64,000 nucleotides of DNA from Candidatus Hydrogenedens sp. (GTDB taxonomy: Bacteria > Hydrogenedentota > Hydrogenedentia > Hydrogenedentales > Hydrogenedentaceae), in NCBI GenBank assembly GCA_049968235.1, contig JBMFRC010000002.1, positions 160,001 to 224,000 on the forward strand. The letters are read 5' to 3'. A program made the translations under genes and the position numbers. Below are positions 49,904-60,777 of this stretch, piece after piece. Numbering within the stretch: the first letter of the stretch is position 1; the number at the start of each line of letters is the position of its first letter. Below the pieces are notes generated by a model that saw nothing but the letters and a program-made list of their open reading frames with translations, ran no database searches and was not told where the DNA came from.

Positions 49904-52519
49904 TTAATCTGTTTCAACTTCTTTTCTTGGGGCAATACGGACATAGATAGCATCATGTAATATTTCAAAGGAAGCAGGCAAATAGCCAGGGACCTCACCA
50001 TCAACATCGAGCAATACTTCCCCTGCGGTGTACGCCGGTGTTGCAACAACTTTTTGTGCCTTAAATACTTTTATTTTAGGATGTGTTAAATGAGTTCCCT
50101 TATAAACCTTATTCACATTCATCAATAGTTCAAAGGCTGAAATACTCGGAATTACAATTACATCCAACCAACCATCATTAATCTCAGAATTTGGAGAAAC
50201 CTGCATCCCACTACCGAAGTATTTTCCATTGCACACTGCAACAGTTTTTATGTCCAGCACCTCATCAAACTGATTATCAATTCTCAAACGAACAGATTTG
50301 TTTCGATAGGTCAATAAAGCCTGTAACATACCCAGAAAGAAAGCCAATTTCCCACTGTATTGTTTTAACCATACATAACGATTAACAGCACGGTCTGTTG
50401 CACCACTCAATCCAAAACTTGCAATATTCACAAAATAGCGTGATACCTCTTCCCCATGGAGATTAACAAATTTTATCTTTCCTAAATCTAATGGATAAAC
50501 TGAAGTCTCTGCTAAATGTTCAATTTGTTGGTCAATATCATAAGGCCAATTTAAAGTTCGAGAGAAATCTCTACCCGTACCTGTACTGATGATGGCAAAC
50601 ACGGCTTCCGGATTTATCCGTTTATCATCCTTGAAAAATCCATTCACAACTTCGTTTATGGTTCCATCTCCGCCAACCGCTATAATTTGTTCATATCCTT
50701 CGGTGAGTGCCTCTCGAGCAAGGGTTGTCCCATGCCCCTGTTTCTTTGTGAACACAACATTAACCGGACCAATGGCATTGTGGAGTTTTTTCTCTATGTT
50801 AGGCCATATCTTGCCGGTCATATTTCCCCATGCTTTCGGATTTACAATAACAAAGGTGCGTGCCCATGATACAAATTGCACTCGGGATTTGTTCTTCTCA
50901 TATTCACAATCTTTTTCCTGCCATGCTAATTCGTGAGACATCAAATCTATCGTCTTACGGAGAACATCTTCGCCGGGGTCTCCCAGATTTCCCATGTTGG
51001 TTCTACGGAATAAAACATCATTGAGATGCTGTGCCATTTCTTCCCGCACCGCATATACAACCTGAGCACCGATTTCATTTCTTGTATTAGATAAAGGTTC
51101 ACTTAATTGCGGGTCTATGCGTGCCAATTCAATGACTTTATGTATTTCTGTTCCGTAATTGTGTGCCAGATTTTCAATAATCTCCGGCGGGAAATCAGAA
51201 TATTGTTTCTTTACTTCATCGAGAAACTCATTAAAAACATTAAAATCCACTCCATACACGGGTATAATATCCGTCTTACACGGTGGAGGGGTTGCACCTA
51301 ATTTCTCAAACACCTTATTTACTACACGCTCGGCTAAATGTCGTGAAGTTGTCCATTTACCTCCTACCGCAGTTATTAACCCATCACAAGATTCCTGAGC
51401 ATGGTCAAAAACTTCCGCGGACCTACTGGCATTGTAGGAGTTAAATTCCTCTTCGGTTTCCTGCGGGTCTTTTTCAACAATCGGGCGTAAACCTGCATAA
51501 AAAAATAACACATCCCCGCGTCTAAGATTTGCCCCTTCAAATCCTCGATTAACTGTTGATAAAAACTCTACCAATTCCCGCTCACTTACATGCACATCAT
51601 CCGGGTCACCCTGATATACTGTATCCGTTGTTCCTAAAAGGGAGTATCCTTGCCACGGCAAGACAAAAAAGTGCGTCCCTTTACCCGGCATAGCAATAGC
51701 ATATTTAGTCGTTAGTGGTTTGGTTAAAATATGAATTCCTTTAGAACGAATAATTTTTCTCGCAGGTTCTTTCCCTGTGGCAATTGCAATAAGACGGTCT
51801 GTCCAGGGTCCTGTTGCATTTACAATAACCTTGCCTTTTATTTGTGTTTCATTCCCATTATCACGACTTTTTATTTTTACTCCTACAATACGGGTCTTAT
51901 CCCGTAAAAATCCAACGACCTCTGTATAGTTAAGAATTACAGCCCCTTGAGCCATACTTTGCTTTAAACATGCCCATGCTAAACGCTCCGGTGAATACAT
52001 TTGATAATCATAAAACAAAAGAACATCATTAAAATTCATCTCTCCAAGTCGTGGTTCTACTGCCAGAATATCCTGCCTCGAAACCCGTTTATGGGGCAGA
52101 ATAAATTTATCCGGGTCACTTAATCGGTTGCGGTCATAGGATAACCAGTCATACGCTTTCAACCCGAGTGAATATAAAAGACGTTCACGAAATTTTTTAC
52201 TTCCATGTATTGGAAGAATAAAAGGTAACGATTTGACAAGATGTGGGGCTATTTGCGACCAGATTCTTCGCTCTTTTAACGATTCTCGCACCAAACCAAT
52301 TTCAAGATTCATTAAATAGCGAAGCCCTCCATGAATAAGTTTCGAAGAAGCACCACTGGTAGCACTGGCAAAATCTTTCCGTTCCAGCAATACTACTTTT
52401 AATCCTCGTAATGTTGCATCCCGTGCCACACATGCACCCACTATACCGCCACCAATCACAATTAAATCAAACTCTTCAGATGCCAATCGTTCCCACATCT
52501 GCTCCCATAGAAAAGCCAT
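49904..52519 (-). CDS. Fusion protein: FAD-dependent glycerol-3-phosphate dehydrogenase (GlpA/GlpD-like) + diacylglycerol/lipid kinase catalytic domain (YegS/BmrU/DAGK_cat)
   Basis: N-terminal DLIVIGGGIVGACVARDATLRGLKVVLLE FAD-binding motif, and a GlpD helical C-domain. The last ~300 aa contain the DAGK_cat signature IIAVGGDGTINEV and the lipid-kinase C-terminal beta-sandwich. Confidence 0.8.
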   Translation of the reverse strand: MAFLWEQMWERLASEEFDLIVIGGGIVGACVARDATLRGLKVVLLERKDFASATSGASSKLIHGGLRYLMNLEIGLVRESLKERRIWSQIAPHLVKSLPFILPIHGSKKFRERLLYSLGLKAYDWLSYDRNRLSDPDKFILPHKRVSRQDILAVEPRLGEMNFNDVLLFYDYQMYSPERLAWACLKQSMAQGAVILNYTEVVGFLRDKTRIVGVKIKSRDNGNETQIKGKVIVNATGPWTDRLIAIATGKEPARKIIRSKGIHILTKPLTTKYAIAMPGKGTHFFVLPWQGYSLLGTTDTVYQGDPDDVHVSERELVEFLSTVNRGFEGANLRRGDVLFFYAGLRPIVEKDPQETEEEFNSYNASRSAEVFDHAQESCDGLITAVGGKWTTSRHLAERVVNKVFEKLGATPPPCKTDIIPVYGVDFNVFNEFLDEVKKQYSDFPPEIIENLAHNYGTEIHKVIELARIDPQLSEPLSNTRNEIGAQVVYAVREEMAQHLNDVLFRRTNMGNLGDPGEDVLRKTIDLMSHELAWQEKDCEYEKNKSRVQFVSWARTFVIVNPKAWGNMTGKIWPNIEKKLHNAIGPVNVVFTKKQGHGTTLAREALTEGYEQIIAVGGDGTINEVVNGFFKDDKRINPEAVFAIISTGTGRDFSRTLNWPYDIDQQIEHLAETSVYPLDLGKIKFVNLHGEEVSRYFVNIASFGLSGATDRAVNRYVWLKQYSGKLAFFLGMLQALLTYRNKSVRLRIDNQFDEVLDIKTVAVCNGKYFGSGMQVSPNSEINDGWLDVIVIPSISAFELLMNVNKVYKGTHLTHPKIKVFKAQKVVATPAYTAGEVLLDVDGEVPGYLPASFEILHDAIYVRIAPRKEVETD

Positions 52520-52799
52520 ATTGTAATAACCTTCCCAAAAATAAATTTTTATTTATTGATATTATTGTGTGCATTTTTGATACCTTCTTGCAAACTATTT
52601 ATTTTAACACTTTGATAAAATAATGTTTTTCTTTTCACATAAACGACAAAAAAATTTAATCACCCTGATAGTAGTGTAAATGGAAAAATACAGAGAATAG
52701 GGCAATCCTTTTAAAAAACGGGAAGAAATAAAAAAATATCTTATAGAAATGCTGTGTAAATATTCAGTTTGTCTATTATCTAAACTTTGTATACAGACT

Positions 52800-54269
52800 T
52801 TAAAACCATTGTTTAATATCAATTTGCGTATAAGGACGATGTGACGCGGTAACCACAGGGTTGTTTCCCGCTACCGACGCATAGATTATTAAATTTTTAG
52901 GGTCGAACACACAAGAATGGAGTGTCTCCGGGTTATGGACAGGTCCATTTGCCAGCCATTCCAACGCTGTTTGAACGGTAATAGGACCTTTTCCTTCTTG
53001 AGATTGGAATTGTTTACCCAACCAATCATACCGCTGGTAAGTATTATGATTGGTAAACAAAAATAATATTAATTGGAACTGTTCCCATGTCTCCACATAC
53101 ATAGGTGGCTTAATTAAAGGACCTACACGTTTCGCTAATGCGACCAGTCCTTCTTTACTCACCGGATGATTGGTCCGACGAATCATGTCTGGTAACCCGT
53201 AATGTTTCGTTTCATCATTTTCTTTTGGGTCATTAGGTCCATAAACATTTTTTATTACCGGGTCGGACTCAATACATCTTGCCGTATTTGTTTTTGCATC
53301 TGCAATGGTATAATTCCAACCGGTGCCTTCCGGTCCTTTCAGAACTACATCTACTGCTTTCTCTAATGTATCTTGTTCTAAGATAATCCGCACAGTAATA
53401 AAACAGGGACGACCATCAAAGGTACTATTTGAATTAGGAAGTGTTGCCTGTCCAACAGATATTTGATGCGAATTCATACCGGTTAAACTACCCAATCCTC
53501 CGGCCCATCCCATTAGCATGTACGGTTTAATACCATCTGTCGGATGATATACAAAAATAACTGCATCATCCTGAGCATCTCGCTGACAACTCCAATCAAG
53601 ATTGCGAGCATGCAATATTCTACCGTCCTCTGTCCATTTTCCCCAGAATACAAAATTTGTGCATTGAGGTCCTGAACTTAAATCCGTTTTACTTACTGCA
53701 TGCACTTCGGGTGAATCCGGAGAAAATCCTTTGCCACTTTCTGGAGGACTATTCGGAGGAAAATGAAGAATTTCCGCAACAGTTGTAACCAAAAGAAGTT
53801 CTTCCATAGTAACTTCATTTATCCCCGCTTTTTTCAATCCATCTATAATACCTCGTGCCTCTTCTAAAAATCGTTCCGGGATATGTTTTACCATTCGTGC
53901 AGATTGGGCATAAACATAATCCGGTGTATATCCACGGTCCCACAATGCTTTTTTAATATATCCTGTTTTAAATACATGATAAATGTTTTTTGCTAACAAA
54001 CGACCATGCTGAACTCCCATGTCGTAATATGACCCCTTTAACACACACAACTTCAAATCTCCCACTTGATATAGAACACCTGTCCCTTCTTTATCCAATT
54101 CTTTTATTTCAGGATTTTCAATAATTTTTGGGACAAACCAATTCGATAACTGTTCATCTGCTTTCTCATCGCCAGATACAGATACAATGGGAATGAAAAA
54201 GACCAGTAATAAAAGACTTACCAGCCATAACCTTTGAATACTTTTTAATAAATACACATTTCTTGTCAT
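52800..54269 (-). CDS. C45 family Ntn-hydrolase (acyl-CoA:6-aminopenicillanic acid acyltransferase / choloylglycine hydrolase-like), N-terminally membrane-anchored or secreted
   Basis: Signal/TM segment, then the conserved GPQCTNF region (putative nucleophile Cys). AAAGGAGGGG Shine-Dalgarno. Confidence 0.6.
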   Translation of the reverse strand: MTRNVYLLKSIQRLWLVSLLLLVFFIPIVSVSGDEKADEQLSNWFVPKIIENPEIKELDKEGTGVLYQVGDLKLCVLKGSYYDMGVQHGRLLAKNIYHVFKTGYIKKALWDRGYTPDYVYAQSARMVKHIPERFLEEARGIIDGLKKAGINEVTMEELLLVTTVAEILHFPPNSPPESGKGFSPDSPEVHAVSKTDLSSGPQCTNFVFWGKWTEDGRILHARNLDWSCQRDAQDDAVIFVYHPTDGIKPYMLMGWAGGLGSLTGMNSHQISVGQATLPNSNSTFDGRPCFITVRIILEQDTLEKAVDVVLKGPEGTGWNYTIADAKTNTARCIESDPVIKNVYGPNDPKENDETKHYGLPDMIRRTNHPVSKEGLVALAKRVGPLIKPPMYVETWEQFQLILFLFTNHNTYQRYDWLGKQFQSQEGKGPITVQTALEWLANGPVHNPETLHSCVFDPKNLIIYASVAGNNPVVTASHRPYTQIDIKQWF

Positions 54270-54363
54270 ATTCCCCTCCTTTCTGCTCGTTTCGCCAGGT
54301 ATATTTCAATCTAATGAACTTTTAAGATTCTACAAAAAAAATAGTTTCCTTCCAATATATGTT

Positions 54364-54390
54364 TATAATTTATAATTTATAATTTATATA
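54364..54390 (+). promoter_or_regulatory. Three tandem TATAATT heptamers (-10-like boxes) 28 nt upstream of uvrB
   Basis: The sequence reads TATAATT TATAATT TATAATT TATATA. Confidence 0.3.
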
Positions 54391-54418
54391 AATAGATAAG
54401 GTAATTTCAAAATTTAAT

Positions 54419-56419
54419 ATGGATAAATTTCGATTAGTTAGTTCTTTTCAACCGGCAGGAGACCAGCCCGAAGCCATCCGTTCACTGGTAGAAGGTTTGA
54501 ATGCAGGTGTTCGCAGTCAGGTTCTACTGGGTGTAACGGGGTCTGGAAAGACTTTTACCATAGCCAATGTGATTGAAAAAGTCAATCGTCCTACATTGGT
54601 GTTAGCCCCGAATAAAATCCTCGCTGCTCAGTTGTATGGAGAATTTAAACAGTTGTTTCCTGATAATGCGGTTGAATATTTTGTTAGTTACTACGATTAT
54701 TATCAGCCCGAAGCGTATATTCCTACAACTGATACTTACATTGAAAAAGATGCTTCTATTAATGATGAAATTGACAAAATGCGTCATTCTGCAACACGAG
54801 CTGTTCTAACTCGCCGTGATTGTATTATTGTCGCCTCTGTTTCATGTATCTATGGTATTGGTTCGCCAGAGACTTATCGTCAAATGCGGGTGGAACTTCG
54901 TCAAGGAGATGAGATGCCTCGTGAACAATTGCTGGCATCCTTAGTCGCTATGCAATACAGTCGGAACGATGTGGATTTTTACCGTGGAACTTTCCGTGTC
55001 CGTGGGGATGTTGTAGATGTTTTCCCCGCTTATGAAACAGAACGGGCAATCCGTATTGAATACTTTGGTAATGAAATCGATGGATTATCGGAATTCGACC
55101 CACTACGAGGGATAACTTACCGCCGTTTACGCTATGCAGAAATTTATCCAGGTAGTCATTACGCCACAAGCAGGGATGCTTTAGAGCGTGCCATTCATAG
55201 TATCGAGCATGAACTTAATGAACGATTAAAGGAACTGTATGCAGAAAATCAGGTGTTATACGCTCAACGACTGGAACAGCGAACACGATATGATATGGAA
55301 ATGCTTCGTGAATTAGGATATTGTCCGGGAATAGAGAATTATTCACGACATTTAGACGGACGAATGCCCGGAGAACCTCCTTTTACACTTATTAATTATT
55401 TTCCGAAAGACTTTTTACTTGTGGTTGATGAAAGCCATATTTCCATCCCACAGGTACGTGCTATGTATCATGGAGACCGTTCTCGTAAAGACCAATTAAT
55501 TGCATACGGTTTCCGGTTGCCCTCTGCACGAGATAATCGTCCACTTACCTTCGACGAATTTATGGAGCGGATACATCAGGTCATATATGTCAGTGCTACT
55601 CCTTCGGAATTCGAGGTTCGAGAAGCAGGAGGAATTGTAGTGGAACAGGTAGTCCGTCCCACAGGTTTGGTAGACCCTGAGGTAGAAGTTCGTCCTGCAC
55701 AAAATCAGGTACAGGATTTGTTAGATGAAATCCAGAAACGCATTGAAAAAGGGGAACGAGTTCTTGTTACCACACTTACCAAACGAATGGCGGAAGAATT
55801 GACAGAATTCTACCGACGCATTGGTCTGCGTGTTCGATATATGCATTCCGATGTGGATACACTTGAACGAATTGAACTAATTCGTGATTTGCGTCGAGGT
55901 GAATTCGATATATTAATTGGGATTAATTTGTTGCGAGAAGGACTGGACATTCCCGAAGTTTCGCTGGTCGCCATCCTTGACGCTGATAAGGAAGGCTATC
56001 TTCGTTCCGAGACAAGCCTTATTCAAACCTGTGGACGAACCGCAAGAAATATTAACGGGAAAGTTATCATGTATGCAGACCAATACACTTCTTCTATGGA
56101 ACATGCTATCCATGAAATGGAACGACGCAGGAAAAAGCAATTGGCTTATAATCGCAAACATAAAATCACCCCTCGAACCATTCAAAAACCTATACCCAAT
56201 ATTGTCCCGCAGGTTAAGAAAAAAACTGCCCGCAAACAACTTAAAGTCGCAGAAACAACCACAGAATATAATGTGTTACCTGAAGATATACCCCGTGAAA
56301 TAGAAAAACTCCGAAAAATGATGTTTGATTGTGCGGAACGAATGGATTTTGAAGAAGCAGTTGTATACCGCGATAAAATGCTAGCTCTCCAGAAATTGCA
56401 AATCGAATTAGGATTATAA
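54419..56419 (+). CDS. uvrB: Excinuclease ABC subunit B (UvrB)
   Basis: Walker A GVTGSGKT, beta-hairpin [10 protein letters not shown], helicase motifs and a C-terminal UVR domain ([14 protein letters not shown]). Confidence 0.95.
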   Translation: MDKFRLVSSFQPAGDQPEAIRSLVEGLNAGVRSQVLLGVTGSGKTFTIANVIEKVNRPTLVLAPNKILAAQLYGEFKQLFPDNAVEYFVSYYDYYQPEAYIPTTDTYIEKDASINDEIDKMRHSATRAVLTRRDCIIVASVSCIYGIGSPETYRQMRVELRQGDEMPREQLLASLVAMQYSRNDVDFYRGTFRVRGDVVDVFPAYETERAIRIEYFGNEIDGLSEFDPLRGITYRRLRYAEIYPGSHYATSRDALERAIHSIEHELNERLKELYAENQVLYAQRLEQRTRYDMEMLRELGYCPGIENYSRHLDGRMPGEPPFTLINYFPKDFLLVVDESHISIPQVRAMYHGDRSRKDQLIAYGFRLPSARDNRPLTFDEFMERIHQVIYVSATPSEFEVREAGGIVVEQVVRPTGLVDPEVEVRPAQNQVQDLLDEIQKRIEKGERVLVTTLTKRMAEELTEFYRRIGLRVRYMHSDVDTLERIELIRDLRRGEFDILIGINLLREGLDIPEVSLVAILDADKEGYLRSETSLIQTCGRTARNINGKVIMYADQYTSSMEHAIHEMERRRKKQLAYNRKHKITPRTIQKPIPNIVPQVKKKTARKQLKVAETTTEYNVLPEDIPREIEKLRKMMFDCAERMDFEEAVVYRDKMLALQKLQIELGL

Positions 56420-56508
56420 ACAAAGGATGCTATCTCATTTGGGTTTTTATACCGTTTTCGATACAATAAATAAACAATTTGAATACACAAAGAAAGTGTG
56501 GAACTACA

Positions 56509-58557
56509 ATGCAATTATCCGATGACCAATGTCTTGACCAATGGATACGGCAACGGGATATAAATGCCTTTTCGGAACTTATATCCCGACACGGGGGAAT
56601 GGTCTATGGGGTTGCATTCCGACTAACAAATGATAAACAGACCGCATTAAATATTTCAAAATCCTGTTTTCAAAAATTAATGAAATCTGACAACCTTCCT
56701 CCGGTTCCTATTGCGGTATTTCTGCACCGCGAAGCAACTCGTGAATCAATGGCGGTAATTAAATCTTTACCGTTTCCAGCGGAACTTTCTCAAACTGTCT
56801 CCTGGAACGATATAAAAAAACGAATAGATGTATTAATTGCAAACCTTTCGGAAAAATTTTCATATCCCATCATTCTTCATATTCTTGAAGGTCAGGAACC
56901 TGCTAATCTTGTAACTCACCTCCGACAACCTCGTGAAAGAATTGAGGAACGCATCGCAAAAGGGATGGAACATATACGAAGAGGACTAAATCTGGTAAAA
57001 ATCAACCTCAATATTGCCCAACTTAACCAACTTCTCACTACCAACGCATATGAACCCTGTCCTGCTCAATTGAACGATGCAGTATTACCTCTTCTACAGG
57101 AAACACTATCCCCACAACTGCCGAATACCAAAATCCAGAGAAAACATAATAAAAAACTTATCACCATTATTATTTCTATAGTTTTGGCAACGGTCACTCT
57201 TTCACTCCTGTTCGTTTTTATAATCTCACTTAACAAAAAAGAGAAAATCGATACAAATACCACACTTCTCGTCAATACACCTTTAGAAAAGGAACCACAT
57301 ACTTCACCTCCTCCAGAAAAAGAAATCAAAAACAATCCATTACAAACTCCATTACCTGCAAATCCTGATAATTCAATAAAACAAAAAACAACTCCATCTG
57401 AAAATAAAAAAGAGATTACCATTGACTTAAATAAAAAATTTTTTCAGTTGCTTTACAGTCGTTATGATGAACAACGGAAGTTAAAACAAGTTTCTTATTA
57501 TACCTCCCGTGATTTTTTGCCTACAGATGCTTTTTATTATTACTTACTGGCGATTGAGAACATACCGAATATAGATTTGTCAACGCTCCAACCCACATGG
57601 GAATTATTACTTTCAGGACCTGCCACTCCCATTCCTGACGATATTATCAATACCTTTGCTAATTTTCAAGAAAATTTTCAAGTATGGCGTTCCGGTGTTT
57701 CTTATGAACGAGGTCTTATTCCTTCTTCAACTATTCCTGGGGAATCTCCTTTCCCGATAGAGTCCTTCCAGGACTTTTTTGAACTATTTACAATGAACAT
57801 ATTGCTAAACAGCAGACAACCTTCTGAAAATTTAATTTTAGATATTAACGGTCTTTTACAATTTGCAGACTCTATCCAGAAACAAGTCTATGGGAAACTG
57901 ATACATCTTCCTCTCTTTGCTATCGAAGGGACTGGCATTGCTTTGCGGGAATTTGCAAGAATGCACTTATTCTCACCACAACAATTCCGCGAAGGAATGT
58001 CCCTGATAGAACGGGCTGAAAAGATTATTCAGGATACATATCCCGTAAAGTACAATGAATACCGTCAGATTGCAGTTTGGGCTCAAACTGAATTTCCAAC
58101 TGTTCCAGCACTGAAACAATCTCTACAAAATATCTTACAAGAAGCAGAAGAAAAAGAATGGTTAGACAAAACACCCGACTTAGAAATTCAAATGCGTTGG
58201 AATGAATTCTTAAAATTACCCGATGAAACAAACATTTCGGAAACAAAAACATCTCCTCTGGAAGATTTACGAAAAATTATTTATCCCCCAAGCACCGAAC
58301 AAGAACAGCATAAAAAGCATGTGCAAACGACACTCCTTATGTCCCGTTTATTTCTGGCTATTGAATGGTATGCCCTGGATAATGCTTCATATCCACCTTC
58401 ACTAGAATACTTAACACCTACTTATCTTTCGGATATCCCATCGAATAAATTATCTGAACTGTCTATACAATACTCTTTTGATGGAACTACGTATCAGATT
58501 CAAACTTATGAAGGTATGTCTGCATTTATCCCCTGGCACGGAAACTTTGAATATTGA
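56509..58557 (+). CDS. ECF-type sigma-70 factor fused to a single-pass membrane anchor and a ~450-aa extracytoplasmic C-terminal domain (sigma/anti-sigma-like fusion)
   Basis: The N-terminal ~160 aa carry a region 2-like segment (FSELISRHGGMVYGVAFRL) and a region 4-like HTH (FSYPIILHILEGQEPANLVTHLRQPRERIEERIAKGMEHIRRGL). A TM helix (LITIIISIVLATVTLSLLFVFIISL) follows. ATG at 56509; the track start is TTG. Confidence 0.55.
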   Translation: MQLSDDQCLDQWIRQRDINAFSELISRHGGMVYGVAFRLTNDKQTALNISKSCFQKLMKSDNLPPVPIAVFLHREATRESMAVIKSLPFPAELSQTVSWNDIKKRIDVLIANLSEKFSYPIILHILEGQEPANLVTHLRQPRERIEERIAKGMEHIRRGLNLVKINLNIAQLNQLLTTNAYEPCPAQLNDAVLPLLQETLSPQLPNTKIQRKHNKKLITIIISIVLATVTLSLLFVFIISLNKKEKIDTNTTLLVNTPLEKEPHTSPPPEKEIKNNPLQTPLPANPDNSIKQKTTPSENKKEITIDLNKKFFQLLYSRYDEQRKLKQVSYYTSRDFLPTDAFYYYLLAIENIPNIDLSTLQPTWELLLSGPATPIPDDIINTFANFQENFQVWRSGVSYERGLIPSSTIPGESPFPIESFQDFFELFTMNILLNSRQPSENLILDINGLLQFADSIQKQVYGKLIHLPLFAIEGTGIALREFARMHLFSPQQFREGMSLIERAEKIIQDTYPVKYNEYRQIAVWAQTEFPTVPALKQSLQNILQEAEEKEWLDKTPDLEIQMRWNEFLKLPDETNISETKTSPLEDLRKIIYPPSTEQEQHKKHVQTTLLMSRLFLAIEWYALDNASYPPSLEYLTPTYLSDIPSNKLSELSIQYSFDGTTYQIQTYEGMSAFIPWHGNFEY

Positions 58558-58681
58558 ACTCGTGTTATTATTGAATTTATAATATCCTATAAATCTGATG
58601 ATATTTTTCATCGGGGGATATGTAACTTATTGAAACAAAACATATAAAATTATGGTATAGTCATATAAAAATTTTGCAAAT

Positions 58682-59626
58682 ATGAGTATAGAACTTATTC
58701 TAATTATCATCTTTTTGGTAGGGCTGGCTTTTGTTATTGGTTTGTGGCTTTGGTTATGGCGAAAACTTGCCAGTGTCAATATACGTTTAACTGATAGTCC
58801 CATTACAGATAAATCTGATATAAAAAATGAAGATAAACAAAAAGGCTACGGAGAGATTGAAAAGACAAAACTGGTTGTGCATGGTCTATTAAAGAATTTA
58901 GAGACACATGTTCAAAATTTGCTTGATGATGCAACGATATATGGGAGTAATCTGGATGAACATGCAAGTCAGTTAAAGAAGGCGGAAACATTGGCGACCA
59001 TCCAGCAGGTGGAACGGCTTCTGCTTCAGGAAGTTGAAACAATGAAAAATTCCACCAATCGTTACCAACAACAACTTGATGATGCCCAAAAGAAATTGAA
59101 AGAACAGGAACAGGTATTAGAAAAACTATCTCGTGATGCAAATACAGATTTCCTCACGCAGGTCAATAATCGAGCCGCATTTGACAAAAGATTGAATGAA
59201 GAGTTTACCCGATATAAAAGATACGGTCACATATTCTCTATTATTCTTATGGATTTAGACCATTTTAAAGATGTTAACGATACTTATGGACATCTAGCTG
59301 GAGACCGTGTGCTTCGTGCAGTGGCTTCCTTATTAAATGACGAAAAACGGGCTTCCGATTTTCTTGCACGATATGGAGGTGAAGAATTTGCTTTAATACT
59401 TCCGGGGATTGATGCTAATTCTGCATTAGTAGTCGCAGACAAACTCCGAAAAAAAGTAGAAACAACAACTTTCCGTTATGAGAACTATTCCATCCATACT
59501 TCTCTCAGTGCAGGGATAACTACTGTCTTACCGGAGGACCAAACCCCGACAGATGTACTTAAACGCGCTGATGATGCTACCTATGAAGCAAAGAACAAGG
59601 GTAGAAATCAGGTGATTATAAAGTAA
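58682..59626 (+). CDS. Diguanylate cyclase (GGDEF) with N-terminal TM helix and coiled coil
   Basis: GGEEF active site (RYGGEEF) and an RxxD-like I-site context. Confidence 0.85.
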   Translation: MSIELILIIIFLVGLAFVIGLWLWLWRKLASVNIRLTDSPITDKSDIKNEDKQKGYGEIEKTKLVVHGLLKNLETHVQNLLDDATIYGSNLDEHASQLKKAETLATIQQVERLLLQEVETMKNSTNRYQQQLDDAQKKLKEQEQVLEKLSRDANTDFLTQVNNRAAFDKRLNEEFTRYKRYGHIFSIILMDLDHFKDVNDTYGHLAGDRVLRAVASLLNDEKRASDFLARYGGEEFALILPGIDANSALVVADKLRKKVETTTFRYENYSIHTSLSAGITTVLPEDQTPTDVLKRADDATYEAKNKGRNQVIIK

Positions 59627-59763
59627 GTCGTTTTTATTGAAAGCATTAGTGTTCGGATAAATTGAACAAATTAGATATAAATGAACAATCTTCCCTCAGT
59701 TTATTATAATAATTCCCCAAAAGCATGTTTTTCCCTATCTATTAATTTTCAGGAGCCTTTTAT

Positions 59764-60774
59764 ATGTTCATTGACCTTCGTAGCGATACAGTAACGAAAC
59801 CATCTCCCGGTATGCGAGAAGTTATGGCAAAAGCAGAAGTGGGCGATGATGTTTACGGCGAAGACCCAACTGTTATTGAACTGGAAAAATATTCCGCAGA
59901 ACTCTTGGGTAAAGAAGCAGGATTATTTAATCCCAGTGGAACCATGTCTAATTTAATTTCTTTCCTGACACTAACAAATCCTGGAGATGCTGTAATCCTT
60001 GCAGAACAGGCTCATACCATTCACTATGAAGTAGGTGGAATAACGCGTATTGCCAACATACTACCATTAACAGTGCCCGGTACACTTGGGAAAATTTCGG
60101 GAGAAGACATTTACACTAGATACAATCCGGGCAAAGATGTACATCGTGCTCCGACAACACTGGTATCCATCGAAAATACAGTGAATCGTGGAGGCGGTGT
60201 TTATTATGATTATGAAGAAGTATCCCATATCAGTAAAATATGTCGCCAACTTGGTATAAAATTACACTGTGATGGAGCACGAATATTCAACTCTGCTATA
60301 GCCTGTAATATAGAAGCCAGATATCTTGCAGAACCTTGTGATTTAATTAATTTTTGCCTATCCAAAGGGTTGGGGGCTCCTGCAGGTTCTGTTCTTTGCG
60401 GTTCACGGGAACTCATTCAAAAGGCTCGTAGATTTCGAAAGTTATTGGGAGGAGGAATGAGACAGGCAGGGGTCCTTGCATCCGCAGGATTATATGCGTT
60501 AAAGAATCACATTGATGACCTACAAAAGGACCATGAACGCACGGCTATCTTCCGTAGAACCCTTGAAGAAAAAGGCTGGTCTTTTCCCCTTCCTTCACCC
60601 ACAAATATCCTTTTTATAAAGGTTAATAATGCAGATGTATTTGTCCAGAAATTACACGAAAAAAAAATCCTTGTAAACGCTGTACAGAAGGATTGTATTC
60701 GCATCGTATTTCATCGAGACATTACCGATTCACAATTTCAATATACCCTTGATACTTTTATAAAGTTGTCCTGA
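59764..60774 (+). CDS. ltaE: Low-specificity L-threonine aldolase
   Basis: N-terminal DLRSDTVTKP and the PLP-lysine region of the beta-eliminating lyase family. AGGAG Shine-Dalgarno. Confidence 0.8.
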   Translation: MFIDLRSDTVTKPSPGMREVMAKAEVGDDVYGEDPTVIELEKYSAELLGKEAGLFNPSGTMSNLISFLTLTNPGDAVILAEQAHTIHYEVGGITRIANILPLTVPGTLGKISGEDIYTRYNPGKDVHRAPTTLVSIENTVNRGGGVYYDYEEVSHISKICRQLGIKLHCDGARIFNSAIACNIEARYLAEPCDLINFCLSKGLGAPAGSVLCGSRELIQKARRFRKLLGGGMRQAGVLASAGLYALKNHIDDLQKDHERTAIFRRTLEEKGWSFPLPSPTNILFIKVNNADVFVQKLHEKKILVNAVQKDCIRIVFHRDITDSQFQYTLDTFIKLS

Positions 60775-60777
60775 TGT

